A stretch of 63,649 bases of DNA, counting the filler, from Sphacelaria rigidula (lineage: Eukaryota): NCBI GenBank assembly GCA_964200075.2. It is 8 parts of 8 records of this genome, joined end to end, with 100 filler letters (N's around TTAATTAATTAA, not from the genome) between each part and the next. Parts side by side here need not be neighbours in the genome. Positions count along the whole stretch, not along the records: positions 47,815 to 55,682 come from CAXNAA020013165.1; positions 55,783 to 63,649 come from CAXNAA020013166.1; 6 more parts are not named here. One strand, written 5' to 3'. Every line of letters begins with the position of its first letter. Position 1 is the first letter of the stretch. Shown piece after piece: positions 49,301 to 62,989 of the stretch. A model generated the notes under the pieces. It searched no databases. It saw only the letters and a list, made by a program, of their open reading frames with translations, and had not been told where the DNA came from. Both the position numbers and the translations under genes were made by a program.

Positions 49301-50819
49301 GCAGCCTAAGAACAAACACCACGCGCTGTATGGCCATTTTTTTCGTGACAGGTTTTGGCTATTCCTTGCGGGGGGGCTAACGTAGAAAGTGTTAGCCTCA
49401 GAAAATGTTTAGACTGGAAAGAGCACTCCTACCGTAGAATCATCCCGTTGTATTCAGCGCCTCTCAATGAAAAATATCCGCATGTGCGGTAGAGTGGCAG
49501 GAGCAGCCGCAATAACAGTACAGAGACTGAAAAAGGAAGTACAGTCGAAACGATGCGGCATGCGTGCAAGATCACAGCACGTTCGAGGTGTGCCAGCTCT
49601 GCCCTAAGGGTTCACTGCAAAACAACGGCACGCTTCCGCTTCATATATTCTCTGATTCTCAACTGAACATGACGCTGGTTCAAACAATTGAATATTTTGA
49701 CTCGATGTTAGCCCTACGAGGAATATACATGTTCCATCGACAGGGGCACATGCAAAGTCTCAACACTTCGACAATAAGTTGCTCCTCGAGCCGTAGCTAC
49801 TCATCAACTGAGCTGTGCGTGACCTTGCATAAATCTGTTCAGAATTCAACGAGAAACGATGATCTTCGCGGAACGCGCGCAAACCGGTGATAATTGTGTA
49901 CGTTGCCTAATGGCGTACACAGTTTGGAGACTGAGCCGTAGATGTTCACCGGCTGCACACGCTGTGCGCAACCTCGCACAAATCTGTACATGGTTCAATG
50001 AGAAACAGCCCGAAATATGATCCCGATTCAATTTTGAAAGGATGCCGACTTAAATTCGAGATAGTAGAAACCGCTTTACTCCGCGCCTCATGATAAAAGA
50101 ATCGCTGTCCGTTGGTGTTTGCAAGAGCTTTTTCAGTAGATAAGAAAGATCCCTCAGAAATGAGGTTCAACTGCAAAAGGGCGCATTCCCTGACCTAAAA
50201 TCACGACAAACTACCTTCACATGAACGACCTCATGCCCCGCGACCTCCTTGGAACTCTTTTGGGTAGTTTCCGGTCCTCCGTTTCCCCAAAAGGTATGCG
50301 CGGAAGATGCCAAATGCAGCCACGCCATGCCTTCCAAGGGTGCGATGAGACAATGACCCGAGCTGAAGGAAATGGTGCGCTGACCGTTGGTATTTGTGAT
50401 ACCCTTCTCAGCAGATGCCGGAACGGTACAGAAGGCCCGAGCCGAGAGCATTTCAAGCTATTTTTCAGAAGGGGTCACGCACCTCACAATGGATGTCAAT
50501 CTCGAGACCGATGGTGCCGATTCAAGTGAAAATGATGCTGATTCAAAAATTGTGAAGACCAGAACGATTCATATTTCCACAGAGGCGTTGAAGCCCTGCC
50601 TTCAGAGTAAACTGTGCTCCGTTGAGATGGCACGACGATCGACTCACGCACGAAGACATGCTTGAAGTGTTCAAGCCCTGCTCCGAGAGTAAATTGTCCT
50701 CAGTCGAGACGACACGTTGATCGACCCACACCGCCATCTCGTTTTTGTTGCGTCTCGCCATGACCATGATCGTTTCTTATAACACGATCAATTGAAAACG
50801 ATGCCGATTCTGAATGCAG

Positions 50820-51066
50820 CACACGTCGGACAGATCATGATCCGTCTGAAAATTATATATTCTCAGTATACTGATCTGGATCATTTGGCCGCCCTTTTCC
50901 ATGCTTGCTCCTTACAGCGCCGGAAGCTGAGCACGCCGAGTAGTGCAAAGGTTGCGCTTTGGCTTTTTTGATTCCGCGGTCACATATTTTGCATTTTTGG
51001 ACCAACGGACTCGAGAGTCTTGTATGCTTAGCTGTTTTAGACAGATCATGATCTGTCCGACGTGTG
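50820..51066. mobile_element. 247-bp MITE
   Basis: TIR CACACGTCGGACAGATCATGATC(C/T)GTCT at both ends. No clean TSD. Confidence 0.75.
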
Positions 51067-51391
51067 GAATGCAGCCACGCCATGAACTCGAACGGCCCGC
51101 TGAAACACTGAGGAAAACTATGCAGAAGTTTTTTTTTTTTTTCTGTTCCATTTCTTTTTCTTCCTTAGAGCATGTTTCAGTTTCGTCTTTCTTGGGTACG
51201 TCTATCATGAGACCACGGCTGGACCCCTGGGGGGTTAGTTAAAGTGAGACAATCAATCAATCAATCGATCAAGTTAGCGCGGAATGCATATGACACTCCA
51301 ACGTTCAAAGGCACGTGGAAACCATAGAGAACACAACGCGGGAAGCAAATGTACTCCGAACCCACGCACCCTGATGCTAGTGAAGTGCTAG

Positions 51392-51509
51392 AGAGGAGAG
51401 GATCGGCGAAAAAGACTCTGAAACGTAAAAAAACGAAATTATGGCTTCAGAGGAGAGGATCGGCGAAAAAGACTCTGAAACGTAAAAAAACGAAATTATG
51501 GCTTCAGAG
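51392..51509. repeat. Perfect tandem duplication, 2 x 57 bp
   Basis: agaggagaggatcggcgaaaaagactctgaaacgtaaaaaaacgaaattatggcttc at 51392 and 51449. Confidence 0.92.
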
Positions 51510-52444
51510 AACGTCTGACGAAAATGACACCAAAAGAAACGACTTCTAAAATCAAATAAAGACGGAATGCTGCTTCATGGGGCCTTCGTGGGGCGAAATC
51601 ACACCTACTTGTCTGCAGGATAGGCACATGACGAAAAAAATAATTGATAGTACTCTCGCATCAAGTAAAGACGGAATACTCGTCTGTGAGAGCTCCACAA
51701 GGAAATGACACCTGTCTGTAGGGAAGCGAGTTAACGCAAATATTGAATGCTATAACTGTTGTTGACGATTAAAGCTTTCCTGTAACGGCTTCCCTGCAGA
51801 ACGGCCTTGTTTCGTATTGTTGTGCACCAGAGCTCAGCATTTCCCCGGACTGCGACACATTACAGCGCGGTATTTCTTTTGGGCACGTTCTCAGTGAATT
51901 CGCCAGACCCCGCGTTTTTCTTCCGTTTCCATGATCAGGACTTCCCGGGAAGTGGTTCATTTTTACTCGCAGCTCCTCTCTATTCCTCCTTTTGGCTGTC
52001 AGCTCCCCTCTCTCTGTTGGTCAAAACCACCTCTCCATTACTCCCTCGCTCCCTCGTCGTACCTACCATTCTACCGCTACAGTACACAACTACCCAGCTT
52101 GTTCCCTTTCTGTAGCGTCTTGAGTTCTTGGAGCTGACCGCATGCCGCGCCGTGGGTATGAGCGTGCCCTGTTCATGCACGGGGAGCGTGCTGTGACAAC
52201 CAAGTACAAGCCTGTGTGAAGACCTGTACCTGGATTGCAGCTGGTAATTGTCAACTGTTCACTAAATATGGTCAGAGGTATCTCAATCTCAAGGTCCCCG
52301 ATTTATTCATGTGTAAATCGCGGTGAAAATTGCCGGGAACCTCGAGTTTGAGATACCTTTAGTAGGTCCTCTTCTCTCTTGTCTTTTCTGGCTATTAGTC
52401 CCTGTCTCTCCGTTGGCCACCACCACCTCTACACCTCTACATGT

Positions 52445-52484
<40 letters not shown>

Positions 52485-53174
52485 ATCTGTGTCTCCCTTT
52501 TTATCGTTCCACCACTCTCCAGCTCGCTCCTTTCCTACAGCATGTTATTTTGTTGGAGCTCATCCCGTGACGCACCTTGGCACGAACGTGCCCCGTGGAT
52601 CCGAGGGTAGTGCGGTGAAAACCAAGTAAAATTCTACATGAAAATCGTCATCTTGACTGCTATTGGCACTGATTCACTGTCGACTCAATATTATCAGGTC
52701 TTCAAACATTACTGTGCTGACACATACATTGCTATGGCTGCGATCGCTCTTGCTGAAGGCTACGGCGTCAGTAGCATCATCACTACGCCCCTAAGTATCA
52801 CCGCTGACAAATACGTTGCCTTGGTAAAGATCGCTCTCGCTGAGCACTCGTCAGCCACAGGCCTTGACATCTTCGGGTGTGTGTGTTGCAAACATGCCAT
52901 ATTTTTACGCCCAGAGACTTTCCCGTTTGAAGCCGCACACTTCGACTTACTCTTCCCGAATTGTAACTCACAAGCGGGGGATGTTCTGCGGTAACATCAT
53001 GGTCGTTGACAATACGTATCGGTATTTTTCTCCGCAGATTGGGCGGGCGACACTGTTCGAGAGACTTTGACGCTTCTTGGCTTCTCCGTAGTCGAATTGC
53101 GGCGGTCGGGGCAATTATGCGACGTGGGGCACAATGACAATTATATCTTCAGCGCATCATTTCAGCCCCCCTAT

Positions 53175-54289
53175 CTGACAGCCGATCATCAAAGTTGAGG
53201 ACGGAGCTTTTCATTGGGGATGAGGAAGCCCCGGAGCGGCGCGCGGAAAGTGCCCATATATATTCCCCCCCGAAAATACTTCGGTAGTTACGGAGTGTAC
53301 CGTAACGATTTGGAAGCGGCCTCGACGAAGTTGATAGTGCATCGGGGGGCTGTGGCGACGGTTTGACATGACAGCGGTCCCTACCAAGTTGGTAGCGCAC
53401 CGGTGGTGTACTTTGTATATATACAGTACTACTCTACTCGTCGAGACAGGTTCGGGACACCCTTGCATTTTCTGGCGGCCGCACTTGTTTTCGGCTAAAC
53501 TTGCATTTTTGTCCAAAAGCGGCCGAGAACGGTCGAGCCTAGAAAAAATGGCAGTTTATTCTAGGCTTGACCGTTCTTGGATAAAAGTGCAAGTTTGGCC
53601 AATCAAAAACTGTGGCAACCGAGAAACGCAAAGGTGTCCCGAAACCGTCTCAATGAGTATGTATCGTGTTTATTTTGATCCGACGGACCGCCCGAAACTA
53701 AAAGGCCGGCGTGACCCCTCTTCACCATTTTTCATAAATCCGACTCGCCGCTGATCACGTCTGTTCTTATTATTTCGTATTAAAGTCGGCTGTTGAAAAA
53801 ACGCTGTTGCACTTGTATGGAGTCAAAACTGAACTCCAAGTTTGAAGAGGCGGTGTTGTTTGCTTGAAATTCAAAGCCAGGTCCTGACCTGCACTTGTAT
53901 AAAAAACAGTCCCGACCACCAGGTATGGGTGACACAACCATTTGAGCGATCTGTTTGGACCCGAAAAATTCGAATCTCACTCTACTGCTCCTTTCATGCT
54001 AACCCTTTGGGTGCCCGACTCTCAGAATTATAATGTGGTTTGCACGCTGGGGCCTTTTTGTGAATCGACGTCATTTTTACTTGAAAACGACTGAAAATGA
54101 TGACGGTGAATGAAAACGCCCCTGCGTGCAAAGCTCATGTTTCTGGGAGTCCGGTCCCACAGGGGTTGCAAAGGTATTTTCGGGGAAAAAAAAATATATA
54201 TATATGTATGGGCACTTTCCGCGCGCCGTTCCGGGACTTCCTTATCCTCAATGAAAGCTAAATCCTCAATTTTGACGGTCGGCTGTCAG
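53175..54289. mobile_element. ~1.1-kb non-autonomous DNA transposon with ~105-bp TIRs
   Basis: ctgacagccga...ggcgcgcggaaagtgcccata...ccccgaaaatac is mirrored by gtattttcgggg...tatgggcactttccgcgcgcc...tcggctgtcag. TA on the right flank. Confidence 0.78.
53437..53657. mobile_element. 221-bp Tc1/mariner-type (Stowaway-like) MITE nested in the previous element
   Basis: TA|CTCGTCGAGACAGGTTCGGGACACCCTTGC ... GCAAAGGTGTCCCGAAACCGTCTCAATGAG|TA; arms ~80 bp. Confidence 0.75.
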
Positions 54290-55833
54290 TAGTAGTAGTG
54301 ATACGAGGCTTTGCGGATTGTGGCGCTTCAAACGTCTTGCTGTACTTTCCCGAGAAGATTCCAGTGCGTTTGGCGACTTTTCGTACGCCCAGTTTGACTT
54401 CTGTCCCGATGAATATGATTCGTCAAGCAGGGCGCAAAACCTTCGAGATTTTCACCAGAAAATGACATATACCGACGGTCTCAGAGAATTAGGTTAATAT
54501 TAGCTCGTCTCAGAGAAACACGGTAGCGTTGTTCTTGGGGTTGGATGAGAAGCTGCTTGTCCCACCAAATTCAAACTGGGTTAACGAAAAATCGGAAACG
54601 TGCACCAGAATCCTCCTAGAGAGTACAACATCAACTCAATAATCTGAGGCATCACAATACGGCGAACCACATGTGCTGGCGAAAATCGGCACTGAATCAC
54701 CAAAATATAGGCCTTTCTGGAGAGATGGTTTTTGTAGCACAACAACGAGCGGCGTCACACAAGTTGTTCGTCCCTTACTCCCACGCCGAGCAATTACCCC
54801 GCACAAATGAGCGGCAGAATGATGCTTTCCGCACGTGTATGGCGATCCCAGCTACTGTGAATATCTTTATCGTGACCTCTCTGTGGGAGAGGAAACCGTA
54901 ACCTAGATTCTACTTCTTTCATCTGAATTTCCAAACTTTCTCTGAACTAACCGTTAGCTCTGAACACTTTTCGTTTTGGGCAAAGCCTGACGCCGATGGC
55001 AACACTCCACTCTATCCTTGGTCTTGGGGTCGCTCAATTTGGGCGGTGGCGCGAAGCGCCAAGAACCTTGTGTTCATCTTCCGCATTGTCCTTTTGCTTC
55101 AACGACTTCCCTGCAGACAGGTGCCATTTTGCAACGCACCAGAGCGCAGCATTCCCCCGCACTACGACGCACCAGCGCGCAGAATTGCACTCTTCTGTTC
55201 TCTGTGATAAACCGCACCACAGAATATTATCCGTTTCACTCCTCGGAATTTGCCTCGCTCTGGTGCCAGTGACTGCTCTACTACTCTTCACCAGTGAGTG
55301 ATTCCCCAGTTTCCCTTCTTGCGATTGAACCCTCAGACCTCGAAAAAGGTAGTCCATCGGGGTCATGCATACTTTTTTCAAGTGAAATTGATGCCGATTC
55401 CACAGATGACCTACTCTCGCTGTCTGAGGGTTCACGCAACCTGTTGCCCCGTCAACAGTGACTACTATTCACCGATGAACCTCACGGAACCTTTCACTTC
55501 AGCACCGGTGACGTTCCCAGCCGTCTGCCTCCCTTTCGTGCCAGTGATTACTCTACTATTCCTCACCAGTGAATCTCAGATTTCCGTTATAACACGAGAT
55601 CTTACAAATTGGGGATGGATCATTTATTGGGGATGAGAAACCCGGAGAATTACAATCTTCGTATCCACACTAAATCTTCGAANNNNNNNNNNNNNNNNNN
55701 NNNNNNNNNNNNNNNNNNNNNNNNNNTTAATTAATTAANNNNNNNNNNNNNNNNNNNNNNNNNNNNNNNNNNNNNNNNNNNNGATTGGTTGCGGGCTGGC
55801 GGGCGGGCGACGGCGGTGGCGGCCCCGCCGCGG

Positions 55834-55873
<40 letters not shown>

Positions 55874-55874
55874 A

Positions 55875-56010
55875 TCATGATCATGCATGCCGTAGTCAGA
55901 AGATCATCGACCTCGCATATCTACGAAGCCGGGACGGAGCACGCCGGGTTTTCGCCAGACCAGGCTCGCAGTCACCAAGCTCAAAGCGCCGTGATATCTT
56001 CGGCGAATCG
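55875..56010 (-). mobile_element. Family B 3' fragment abutting a long G-run
   Basis: Reverse complement of the family B end; G-run at 55836-55872. Confidence 0.7.
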
Positions 56011-58499
56011 CATGAAGGGTGATCTGCATACTGCTAAGATTCTTCGGTCCGAAGCGTACAAATTATCTTGCAGGAGAAGGGGGGGGAGGGGCTACTCCCA
56101 ACCAAAAACGAACTTTAAAATGTGGACAAATAAGCAAGCAGTGCTGACACACGGTTCACTCCCGTACTTGCTTCGTGAAGGGTTTCTTGAGAGTGGACGA
56201 TTATGCTATTCATTCTGCCGTGCTTGGCACCGCCCCTCCCTCCTCCCTCCACCTCTGAGGTGTAGGGGTGATAACCTCGTGGTCACCCAAGGTTGAGCCA
56301 CAGGGATGAGGCTGTCGGTTCACTCGTTCGTGTGCGTCATCCTCCAGTGTTTGTGTGGGAAGACCACTCGAGCACGGAGGATATGAGAAGGGGATGGGTA
56401 GACCGCAGGTCTGCCGCATTGTTCGAGGATAACAATACACCGGTGACGGCAATGGATGATGACGCGAGGTGACGAAACATTTCGTTGCACGAGAACAGTG
56501 AAGGAAAACGTGTGGGGCGACGATTTCTTGCCGCATGCATGTACGTGTTCAGTATTGAGGACTGCCAGCTACTACCCTGGTACTCACAGGCTTCGCTCTA
56601 TATGTTTGCCTCCAACAACAAAGCATTGATTTGTTTGATGGTCGCACTTAAACTGATTCCTCAGGAGAAATTATGCACCCTTGGGCATTATCCACACGAT
56701 AAAAGTACCCGGCACAAAACAAATCTGAAACACTCGCTGAAGAGAAGCGAAAAAAAAAAAAGGGAGAGCAGATAAACAGAGCAGACCCAGAACAGCACCC
56801 CCCACCCCCCCCCCCCCCACCCGGCCCNNNNNNNNNNTCCATCGGATAAACCCACAACGAAAAAACAAATCTTTAAAAATGAGACCAGTAAAGACAAAAA
56901 AAAAAAAAAAAAGGTAGAGCAGATAAACAGAGCAGACTAAGAACAGAAGGAGCAACACCACGCTTCCCCACGTGGTCCGCCACCGCAGTACTAGCCTGTC
57001 CAGACAGCGACCCCCCCCCCCCCCCCCCCCCCCCCACCTCGCCCCCCCGCAGGTGGACTGAGATGGACTACGCCACATTTGGGGTTTAGAACAGCTATTT
57101 TCTCGCTACACAAAACGCCTTTTTTTATGATCATGTGGATGTTGGGCATCTGTACGGAAAGACTCCCGAGAACCCCCGACCGGTTTTGATTCTGCAGTCT
57201 ATTGCGTGCAGTCGGTATGCGTGCCGTGTGCTGTATGTCTTCGCTGGACACAGCGGCAAAAAACAGTCAGCGCGCCATCGCTCTCCGCCGAACACAATCT
57301 ACTGCACACAGCTGATGTCTGTGCTTAGTATTCCACAACAACACCACAGTGCCGAGCTAGCTGGCAGCACATGAGGGGCCAGGCAGGCGGCGCAGATCAC
57401 GAGCAGAGAAAAAAGCACGGTATTTGTGCCCATGGACTTACTCTATGGTTGTTTTGTCGTCAACAAAATGACAAGTATGGCTAGACAGCGAAGTAACCCA
57501 TCCGAAGTTCACCTGTACTCATGATCATGCTTGCCATAGTCATCAGACCATTTCACCTGTAGGGGAACGAAGTGACCATTATGACGGCCGTGATTGGTCA
57601 GAACGGTCACTTCGCTCTTCCAAGATCTCGTTCCCGGCTTACAAATTTCCGTGGGAATCTTCCAAACACACATGGTCAACCCTTTGACCGCGAGGGTAGG
57701 TCTCCTGCTGAATCAGCATCAACATTCACTCCAAAAAAGTATGCCTGGTCCAGATGAACTACCCGCACCGCGGTCCAAGGGTTGACTTGGTGAGCGTTTC
57801 GACCGTTCTGCGAACAGGCCTTACCCCCCTGTCAAAAACCACGCCCCCGCCCCCTGGAAACACCCTGATGTCCCTGGACTGTCAGCCTGTGAAATTGTTT
57901 CGGGGCGACACTCGCTGTCCGAGGGTGTTCGTCACAGAGCGGACGGGATATGGTGCTATCGACGCAGTATGGTCCTCAGCGGCTGTCAACAATACAACAT
58001 TGAAAAACACGTACACACAGAGATAAACGCACTCACCTCATCATCGGCACCTCCCTGTGAAACAGCGGCGGAGTACTTCCACAATGCTCCGTGCTTCCCC
58101 TCGTGGTCGGAGATCAAGTCGGACACGTCGATCTCATTTCCTACCCTCAGAGTAATGTCATTGTAAAATCGTGGATGCGTCTGTTCTTGTCGTGGGGGTG
58201 CAGGTAGAACAAAGGAAGGGGTACACCGGCGGAGAGAAACGGGACGGAACTGTAAAAAAATAAACGTTTGTCTGAATCAGGGTTTATTCCAGCTACAGTC
58301 GATTTTGCGGTCACCACCACATGGAAGGAAACACACACACACACACACACACACACAAGGTCCATCGAGGACTCATCGGCTCTTCATATGCTACTCCTTC
58401 AATCCCACGAGCGCTAATATTATTACAAGCATTACTATCTTCATGTAACAATAAAAATGATGAATCCATTTCGCGGAAACGTCTCCCTGCAGATGCCAT

Positions 58500-59400
58500 A
58501 ATTCAAATTTTTTGACTCGGCATCATGTTTAGATCGTTCCCCACTGAATTTTTAACGAATTTGTGCAACGTCACGCACAACTTGACTCAACTGATGAGCA
58601 GCTACGGCTTCTTTCTTCCAACTATGACATGCACCACTAGGCAACGCACACAACTACAGCATCACCGGTTCGCGCGCGTCTCACACAAACCATCGTTCCC
58701 CATTGAACTCTGAACAGATCTGCGCAAGTTCACCCACAACGTGCTCAACTGATGAGCAGCTACCGCCCGAGGTGTGTGTTTTTAATTTGCCGGGACAATG
58801 AATTAGTTCCCCGGGATCACCCTCTGACCGTGTTGGGTTGTGCGACAAGCCTTTGCACGTGCGCCCGTCAACGGAATATCTATGTTCTTCATTGGCTCAA
58901 AACGAAGTAAACATAATTATTTTTGGAATCGGCATCATCTTCACTTCAAAATGGAGTCGATATCATGTTCAGTTGAGAACCGGAAATCCTGTCAACAGTC
59001 AGCGTGGCACCTTCCTCCACTCAACTCTCGGGGTAGAGCCGGCACAACTCGAGTGTATTTTTTATCTTGCACATGCGTCACACCGTCTCAGCTGTATCTC
59101 CCTGTATTACTGGCTCTGTACTGCTGTTGCAGCTGCTGCTGGTACCCTGCCGTGCATACGTTTTTTTTCATCATGAGTCGCCGTCGTTTCAAATTTGAAT
59201 CGCCACCATTCATTTGCCGGATCGTTCCTCATTGAATTCGGAACAGATTTGTGCAAGGTCAGCACAACGTGCTCAGCTGATGAGCAGCTACGGCGTTTTC
59301 TCCAAACTATGGCATGTGCCGTTACGCAACGCATTCAACTACAACATCAGAGGTTCTCATGGTTCTTGGAGTCCGATTCACAGAGCGCGGAAGCGTAAAT
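58500..59400 (+). repeat. Dispersed repeat family (gatcgtt.c.cattgaattc.gaacagattt..gcaaggtca.gcacaacgtgctcagctgatgagcagctac), 3 copies here; reverse copies at ~48890-48990 and ~49790-50030
   Basis: Motif seen at ~58530, ~58690 and ~59220, and inverted in contig 7. Confidence 0.7.
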
Positions 59401-59414
59401 GTGTGCTGTAATCC

Positions 59415-59758
59415 CATCTATTCTGAACGCCTGCCTACACCTTTCGGTACGCGTGGGCGCATCAGCCGGATTCACACAGGAGTAAGCCCAACACAGGAAT
59501 CATGTATTTGTTGTGTTTAGTACTCCACCGTCCTTTTGCGGCGCTTGCCTTCTTTTTTTATCGCGAGAGAGGGGTTCACCAATCCCTTCCCCTCATCGAT
59601 CGTAAAGTCGAATTTTGGGTATCCACGACACGGTCGCTCTCCACCGTTGGGCATGATGTGAAGAAAAAAAATCCCCGATCGTGTGACTACACCGAGATTC
59701 GAACCCACGACCTAACCGTCGGTAGAGGACTCGAAGCTACCAACTGAGTCACGGGGGC
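59415..59758 (-). mobile_element. tRNA-derived SINE
   Basis: Minus-strand head GCCCCCGTGACTCAGTTGGTAGC (A box) ... GGTTCGAATCT (B box). The 3' part (gatgcgcccac...ccgaaagg...cagaata.atggga) recurs at 47815-47870. Confidence 0.7.
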
Positions 59759-60101
59759 GACTAGCGTCATCTCCTTCTCCCATGCTCTAACAAATCCGCA
59801 TTCCGCCTATACTTGATTTTAGGGTTTTATCAATTATATGTCATCCAACATTCTCGTCAGATGACTTTCCTACAGACACGCGTTATTTTCCTGCCAACGC
59901 CTGAGAAGCCCACCACTTCGGCTTTACTTGATGTTAAAGTACGTATCTCTCTACCGGTTCGTTTGTACACTTTTTTTTTCATCGGCATCATTTCCGAGTA
60001 AACCTTCGCTGATTTTCTCCTCCTGTGCATTTCACTGGACATGTACACCTAATTACTGTCATGGACCAACCAATCACGGAACCACACCACCCCCTCCCCC
60101 C

Positions 60102-62371
60102 TGTAGTCGGGATAAATAAGATAATGGGCCAATAGGCACGAGAGACAGACAGGGGGATAGCTACCCTAAGAGCAGAGAGCGGTAAAATGACCAGTAGCTC
60201 GAGAGCGAAAATAGAAGTACTAGCAGAGCACGACAGAAAACTGGGGACGCCAACAACGAACGAGAGGTTGGACACGGAATTCGAGAAAGAAATCAACGCG
60301 TGGGCAGAGATAAAAATGTAGAAGCATCCGAACGGGAACATATTAATGGCCCAACAGAATTGCAGAGAGTTACCAAAGAGGAGGTAAAGGAGTGTGTAGG
60401 TAAACTCAAGAATAGAAAAGGCATCAGGGGCAGATGAACGAACTTCTACAGTATCGGGGAAAGGGAATGACTACCATGACGGTTATGATGTAAAATTGGA
60501 TATGGGGAAACGAGTACACGCCCACGAGGTGGGGAGAAGGAGTGGTATTAAATATTTTCAAAAAAGGAGACAAGGCTGGCCCAGGGAATTACAGAGGGAT
60601 AACCCTTCTGAGCAACGTAGGAAAGACATCATGTTAAGTTCTGAACGATAGAGTGGGAACGATGCTAGAGAAGGAAGAAAAATCAGCGAGGGGCAAGTAG
60701 CTTTTATACCAAACCGTAGCTGCGTAGACCATGTGTACACATCAGGTGAGATTTTTCAAGGTAGGAAAGACGCCGGGCCGACACAGTATGGAGAAATGGG
60801 CTGAGGGGAAAGATGTGGGAAACTGGCATTAGATAAAAGTTCTGGAGAATGGTGAAGACGATGACAGAATGCGCCAAAGGTGCTATGATGCTAGACGGGG
60901 TAAAATCGAAATATTTTCATACTTTTACAAGGAGTTGCACAAGAATGTACATTATCACCCACTTTATTCGAGGTATTCATTAATGATCCGACAATAGCAA
61001 TAGAAGCAGCAAAGCAAGGGGTTCAGATGGGGGAAGATACGGTAGCGGGATTAATGTTCGCGGATGATTTCGCGGGGATATCACAAACACCGGGAGGATT
61101 GCAGAAGCAAATAGAGAAGGCGCTAGAATACACCACGAAATAGAGAGTGACAGCGAACGTGAACAAGTGCGCTGTACTTGTATGTAAGGAAGATAAGAAC
61201 AACCCGGTGGAGTTCAACTGGAAGTGGGGAGAAGTGGAACCGCCGGTCATATACCAGTATACATACCTTGGTGTAGAGATCTCAAGCACATGTTCTTGGG
61301 AAGTACACATAAATAAAGAAGAAGAAAGCGGAAAGACACAGATAGGTAAGATGGGCGTGATTCTACGAGATTCGCACCTAGATACTAGGATTAATATATG
61401 TTCTTGATGAATGTGATTGTACCGAAGCTGGAATATGCAGGAGAAGTATGAGAGGGGAACGTGAAGTTGGTGAAGAAGCTGGAAACAGTACAGATGACAG
61501 CAGCTAAAAAAATACTTGGATGTTCGAAAGCGACAAGTAAATACAGCATCGAGAGCAGAGTTGGGGCTGTACACACCTGAAACAAACGGAGACATGAGAA
61601 AATTTAAATAGCAACATAGCGTGAAGAGCATGAAGAGAAAAACATTGCCAGCCATAGCTGACAGGGTTGTATGGAAGACAGTGACGAAAGAGCAGGTTGA
61701 AATAAGGTGGGATAGGGTAGTCGAGAAAGTATGGAAGAAGATACGAGGAAACCACGTCGACATAATGTTCATAGGTGAAGGCGGGGGGGTACACAAAAGT
61801 GATAGATATGATAGAAATAAGGGGAAAATAAGCCCCAAGACAGATAGTAGAGGAGGAACACCTGAAGATATACGGCGGGTTGAGAGAGGGGAGAGGGATG
61901 AAAACAGATCTACATGGCCCAATTGACTCCGCGACGAAAACTAAAGCTGCGATGTCGGGTGGGGGACCTGGACCCGCCAGAAAGAAAAAAGAGTTGTACC
62001 AGTAGTCGAATGGAGGAGAAAGGCAGAGCAATAATGAGTAGAGCTCATACAGTGGCAGAATGTGAAGTATACAAGGAGGAACGGGGCGCGCTAGAGGGGG
62101 AAATGCGGGACGTGAACAAAGGTGGCATGAAATCGTTTGATGCATCAAACGGTAGGGAGAAAACGAATGCCATACTAGGAGATAGATGGTGGCCACAGAC
62201 GGCGAAACAGGACGGGGATAAGACAAGTGAGGTTTCTGTGTAATGTACGAGAGAAGCGTAATGAGCGCCTGTATGTTGGAAGTGTCTCCATCAGTAGTAG
62301 GATCGGTGCTTCGCCTCGAAAGGCATGCGTGGCCAATGGTCGAACGACCCAGGCAAGCAACAATGAGTATG
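60102..62371 (+). mobile_element. 5'-truncated degenerate LINE (family A): RT domain through the 3' end
   Basis: RT motifs LKNRKxxGAD, GNYRGITL, QxAFIPNRSCVDH, QGVAQECTLSPTLF, GLMFADDF (~61047-61070) and YTYLGVEI, with many stops and frameshifts. Ends caatgagtatg + (C)10; C-rich 5' flank. Confidence 0.93.
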
Positions 62372-62388
62372 CCCCCCCCCCTTCCCCC

Positions 62389-62907
62389 TATGGGGTTGGC
62401 GTCGGTTGGCAATGACGCTGTAAAACACACCACTCACTGCGCAAGCTAGGCAACCACGTAACCGACTTGCTTCGCGCACTTGCGTCTTTTTTGCGGAAAC
62501 CATAATGGTGGTCGAGCTAGATCATTTTGTGCGAGCTGGGAAACCTCAATTCCGCGCAAAGGGGATGATCATTCTACGTAGTGTTCAAATGGTGAGACAC
62601 CCATGAGGCAACGCGAAGCTCGTGGCTGTCTCTGAAAGTAGGGATGCCAGATAATGAAGCAACTCATTGGAGGCTTTCATGCATATGCAAGACAGTTAGT
62701 ACGGCAAGGTAATCAGTACGCTTCGGGCCGAACGATCTTGAAAGAACACAGCTCACCCTTCACACGACTCGCCGAACACATCACGGCGCTTCGCGCTCGG
62801 GGATTGATTGCGAGCCTGGTCCGGCGAGCCCAGCGTACTCCGTCCCGGCTTTGTAGGGATGCGAGGTCAGCGGTAATATGACTACGGCATGCAAAATCAT
62901 GAGTACA
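62389..62907 (+). mobile_element. Non-LTR family B copy directly after the LINE's C-run
   Basis: Collinear with 23980-24469; ends atcatgagtaca + C-run. Confidence 0.82.
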
Positions 62908-62918
62908 CCCCCCACCCC

Positions 62919-62989
62919 AACGGTGCTCCGTCTCGAGAGGGATGCGTGGTCAACGATCAAACAACTAAGGCCAGCAACAAATGAGTACG
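62919..62989 (+). mobile_element. Family A 3' tip, third unit of the head-to-tail stack; a further tip lies at 1-31
   Basis: aacggtgctccgtctcgagagggatgcgtggtc...caacaaatgagtacg followed by a long poly(C). Confidence 0.8.

Noticed and set aside
59685-59758. tRNA gene
   Set aside because: A and B boxes are present, but no proper acceptor or anticodon stems, and it continues into a dispersed repeat body; treated as a SINE head. The same applies to 11372-11450.
61504-62433. Long minus-strand ORFs (also 61023-61922, 14858-15749)
   Set aside because: Antisense shadows of the purine-rich LINE coding strand.
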